From assembly GCF_009914755.1 (NCBI RefSeq), contig NC_060930.1: DNA of 64,000 nt, one strand, 5' to 3'. Made by a program: the position numbers and the translations under genes. Shown here piece after piece: positions 58,967-64,000 of the stretch. The notes under the pieces were generated by a model, which made no database searches, was not told the DNA's origin, and saw only the letters and a program-made list of their open reading frames with translations. Position 1 is the stretch's first letter. Each line of letters begins with the position of its first letter. The DNA comes from the human T2T-CHM13v2.0 reference genome, Homo sapiens.

Positions 58967-60454
58967 TAATCACTTTTTAACAGCTAAAGTCACAGACAGC
59001 TTAAGTGTCTTGGTAAGGTCACAAAACTAGAAAGAGATTGAGGTAGTATATCAATCTAGGTGTCTTTTTCTCCTAAGTTGTTGCTGTTAACCATGTAATA
59101 CAGAAGAATGAAGGAATCTATTTCTTCTTGTAAAAGTTAGCAGTATAATAAACTAGCAAGTAAGTTCCAAAAGTTCTTTTTAATTTCTTCCTAGTTAGAA
59201 ACCATATACAAATCTATTAACATATAAGAACCATTACCAAAAATTGTAATAACTCATTTTCTATTACTTGTAACTCTAATTTATATGAACCACACTTGAG
59301 TATAAATTTCATTTCTTTAAAAAATCAACTTCCAGCTACATTGTGTGGGTGCAGCTGAGTGACATTTTAAGTGTTTATATGTTTCCAGTGCTCTAATGGT
59401 TTGTGGGTACCCCCATTTTCGAGATTGCAGAACCCAGCTTCGTATCTATTACCTTTACAACTTCAACAAGTCATAGACTCATCTGTGTCTCAGACGAGTT
59501 TCATGTCATGTTGTCCCTTCTCATTACTGTAGTATGTAGACATAATCTTTTGCCCACCTGGATTGAGGTTATGCAAATCTGCAAGTCACAGCAGAACATG
59601 GATGTGAAAAGGAGGGCTTATCATCGGGGCTTGATGTTCAAGTGCTGCCATCTGTTGTCGGTGTACTCTATCTACACTTACTGCCTTATCCTTACCTACT
59701 CTGGAATTGGAGATTGCATGTAATGTCAATACTTGAGCGATTTGTTTTTCCACAGATATTAAAGTCTTGATACTTCTATTTGCAGTTGGATTGGCAGAAG
59801 CTTCCAATAACTGTTTTATGAATCATGCTTATGTGATTTTTAAAAAATATAACTTAAATGTGACACTCTTGTTTTAGGAACTTATCCCTACAGAGTTTTG
59901 TCACAAGGCATTACTAAAAATAAATTGGTTGGAGACTGAGGAAATTGGGGAAAGAGAGATGATGCTAAGGGTTTCTTTGATAGGTACTGGTAATTAACTG
60001 CGGGGTCAGTGTATAGTTTAAATATTTATGGAGCATCATTGATTGCAAGGGCACTGTAATAAAAGGGTGTATAAGACCCACCTTGGACTGGAGAGGGAGA
60101 TTATCACTTATTGAACTCTACTGTGTTCCAGGCCCTGTACCTAACTTCACGTGTTTCATTTAGTTTCCAGTAACCCTACCAAGAGAAGGGGTTAAGTATA
60201 TGCTGTTAGTGGCTATAACAAGTTGTATGTATGGTGAATGAAGAAAGTAAAAATCCACTAGCATTTTATTTAATCAATGTAGGAAAGGTTTGGAGTGTTG
60301 TATTCATACATATTATTTATATTTATTGAATTTATTATTCATATTACCAACAGTTTTGAAAATTTCAGATACATATGCTAAAGAAGTAAGTTTAGGAATC
60401 CAAAGGGATTTATTAGCCTTATTCTCCTGATTATTTCCCTTATATAAACAAAGG

Positions 60455-60588
60455 GATCTGGGTGTGGCGGTGTGCACCTGTAGTCACAACTACTTGAGAG
60501 GCTGAGGTGGGAGGATTTCTTGAATCTAGGAGTTTGAGACCCTCCTGGGCAACATAATGAGATCATGTCTCAAAAACAAACAAAAAAC
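60455..60588 (+). mobile_element. FLAM/FAM monomer
   Basis: Single Alu arm with A-rich tail. Confidence 0.75.
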
Positions 60589-61577
60589 AGGACAACTGTT
60601 TGCTCTCTTGTTTTTAAAACTTGAGAATTTTGGTACAGTGATTTAGAATTAGCTCAGACACCTCCTCTTCCAGGAAGCCTTCCTTCTTTCTCCTCATATG
60701 ATGCTATGGGCTCCATCCCCAATTAGTTTCCTGTAAATATCTTTTACCGCATTTATCATATTATTTTGGAGCTTGTTAGACTGTGAGTTCCTTGGCAACA
60801 ATAACTGTATCTTACTTATCTTTGTATCCCAGGTCCTAACACAGGACCTAGAATGTGGTAGGAATGCTATAACTATTTGTGTGATAACTTCAATAATTAA
60901 GGTATTCGATCATTCTACCTAGGAAACTAACAGTCACTTCACTTTTCAAGACATACTTGTGATACATGCTAGAGAGCATAGCTAAATATTAATATATTTT
61001 TATATTGCCTCAGAGATTAGGATATCTATAAATTACATATTAGTCTTTCTTTTCCAAACCTAAAGTTTTATTTTACAATGATCTGGCTTATTTGACTAAT
61101 AAATCCATTATAATTTAGGCTTCAAGGATTCTTTTGCTTATTCCATTGTTAAAATTTACTAGATACTATGTTTTGTATAGTATATTCAACCTAAAACCAA
61201 AACATAATAAATTTTACACTATCAAAGACAGACTATAACTGCTTTTCCCCTTTTCCCCGATGTACATTCTTCATCTACCACTTCCCACAGCTCCAGGTTT
61301 GCTTCAGCCTTGTCTGAAACCACCATTTATCAACAGTAGTATCAGAGTTTCCTACTCATGTTTTCTTCTTCTTTTGTCCACTGTGAAGTCACTGTTTATT
61401 TCTCAAGTGTCAGACTGTATGGATCAAACATAGACTTTCCTTCATCACCTTCTGTTTTTTTTTTTATAAATTAGTCTACTAAGGGCCTCCGAAACAGTTG
61501 TATTCCAAATACCCTTCAACAATAATTATTTTTTCGAGTTTTGACTGAAAAGTATAAGTTATCTAATTAGAAATTTC

Positions 61578-61896
<319 letters not shown>

Positions 61897-62081
61897 CTAA
61901 AAGTCAGAAAAGTGTAGTGAAACTATTACACAAAAAGCTCTATCACAACAATTGCTGGAGATAGTATTTGTTTTGTCCCCAGATGATTGTAACTCACTCA
62001 GAATTTGTTTGGCTTTTGTGGCCATGGTGAGCAGAGGGAGTTAGGATGAAAAGACTTCTATAGTGAAAATTTGTCACTACA

Positions 62082-62650
62082 TGTGGGATACTCTCCATAT
62101 TTGAGCTCCCTTCCTCTAGGGAATTTCCCATTTTATGTTACTTGGTGAGAGAGAGAATTCTTCTTCCATAATAAGCTGAAAATGTCAGATGATCACTTTC
62201 CTGACTCTGTGACAGGTAGAGCACAGGGCTGTGACCTAGACTCAGCTAACTAGAATTATCCACCTGAAATTTTTAACATGGAGATAGTGAGGCAGGATTG
62301 GGAGCATTCCTTTTGGTAGGGATTGGAGAGGGAGTGAAGATAGCAGTTTCAGCAGCAGCCATGCTAGTGTTGGTGTTGTGCTAGATTCAGGTTTGTGGTA
62401 GAGGCTGGTGCACTCGTGTTCTGTAGTGGCAGCAGGAATGGTGTCCTCACTCAACTGAGGTGCAATTTTGCAATTTTGCTTGTGATTCTGACTATGCAGC
62501 CTTCCTTTATTCTTGGCCATTTCCAATTCACATTCTCCAGGCATTCTTATACTTCATTGTGCTACCCAATTTTCTTTCAGTAATTCTTTTTCTGCTTTAA
62601 TTGGCCAGAATTTGTTTCTGTTGCTTGCAATCCATAACTTAAACTGATAC
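62082..62650 (+). mobile_element. Old MaLR LTR (MLT1-like)
   Basis: 3' end 'tttctgttgcttgcaatc...aactgatac'. Confidence 0.55.
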
Positions 62651-62939
62651 GCCAACTATCATTTGTTGAGATCCTACTTTTTGCCCATCAACTTGATAAA
62701 CTTTAGTTTGCTTCATCTATTCCTTTCTCTAAAGTGGAAATTATTTCCCCCATTTTATCTTGTAGAAGAACAAACATGAGGCTTAGAGAAGTTAAGTAGT
62801 AGAAGAATTTAATTTTCTGTGTTACTTTCAACGTATGCTCTTTATGCAACGTGCTTCAGAAGGAGAAAATATATTTAAAAAGAATCATATACATAATTTG
62901 TTTAATCTTTAAAATGTCTTTTATCAGAGACAGGGGTTT

Positions 62940-63252
<313 letters not shown>

Positions 63253-63507
63253 AGGGGTTTTCATTTTTTAGAAGTCTTCTGTTTAGCTCCTGGCCAATCG
63301 GTTTTATTGCAGGAATAATGAGCTGATGCTTGTAATTCCAGATCAGGGAAAATTTGAGTTAGTTCGTTTCCTTTTTGGAATTCAGTTTCCTGTGTACAAT
63401 GGAAAAATGTGGTGTTGATTAGATTATCTCTAAAGTTCCTTCCAGTGCTGACATCCTATGAAAGTAATAAAAATGATCCACACATCAAAAACAAAGTTAA
63501 ATACTCC

Positions 63508-63808
63508 TTTTTTTTTTTTTTTTTTTTTGAGACTGAGTCTCACTGTGTCACCCAGGCTGGAGTGTAGTGGCACAATCTCGACTCACTGCAACTTCTGCCT
63601 CCCGGGTTCAAGCGATTCTCCTTGCCTCAGCCTCCTGAGTAGCTGGGATTACAGGTGTGCGCCACCAGGCTCGGCTAATTGTATTTTTAGCAGAGACAGG
63701 GCTTCGCCATGTTGGCCAGACTGGTCTCAAAATCCTGATGGCAGGTAATCTGCCTGCCTCGGCCTCCCCAAGTGCTGGGATTACAGGCGTGAGTACCTGG
63801 CGCTGCCA
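63508..63808 (-). mobile_element. AluS SINE
   Basis: Full dimer with T tail. Confidence 0.9.
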
Positions 63809-64000
63809 AATTCTCCTCCTAACTACAACAGAAGTTTCCGCATATTTATTTATCCTGGTATGATATGCCTTCTATGGTCATTACTCTCAAAATACTACAT
63901 GCAAGATATTAGGTAACTTCAGAGTTTAGGCCAATTATTTCTTGCCCTTTGCTTTTAATAAATCAGGGAAGGCCAGTATCCATCTCATAGAGGTACACAT

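Overview
Primate (almost certainly human, 6q22) genomic DNA with two convergent genes. The + strand carries the terminal coding exon and 3' UTR of DCBLD1 (2148 to ~4040; tail with eight YxxP motifs). The - strand carries the complete GOPC (PIST/CAL/FIG) gene: nine coding exons from ATG 56529 to stop 17490. I assembled these by hand to 1389 nt (462 aa + stop), with consistent phases, GT-AG boundaries and a 24-nt microexon. GOPC has a CpG-island promoter at ~56.2-57.3 kb and a ~3 kb 3' UTR ending near 14510. The rest is intron or intergenic DNA rich in Alu, L1, L2/MIR, MaLR/ERV LTR and hAT/Tigger fossils; most short ORFs in the track are repeat-derived. I saw no RNA genes or CRISPR arrays. Best observations: (1) a + strand acceptor/stop/polyA unit written in the antisense of the GOPC PDZ exon, an alternative DCBLD1 last exon that would remove the YxxP tail; (2) a 118-bp near-perfect fold-back in a solo ERV1 LTR in GOPC intron 1 that pairs up the LTR polyA signal; (3) an in-frame candidate alternative last exon in GOPC intron 1; (4) RBFOX motifs downstream of the microexon; (5) CTCF motifs between the two 3' ends. 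I found no convincing new biological system. Repeat subfamily names and boundaries are by eye and approximate.
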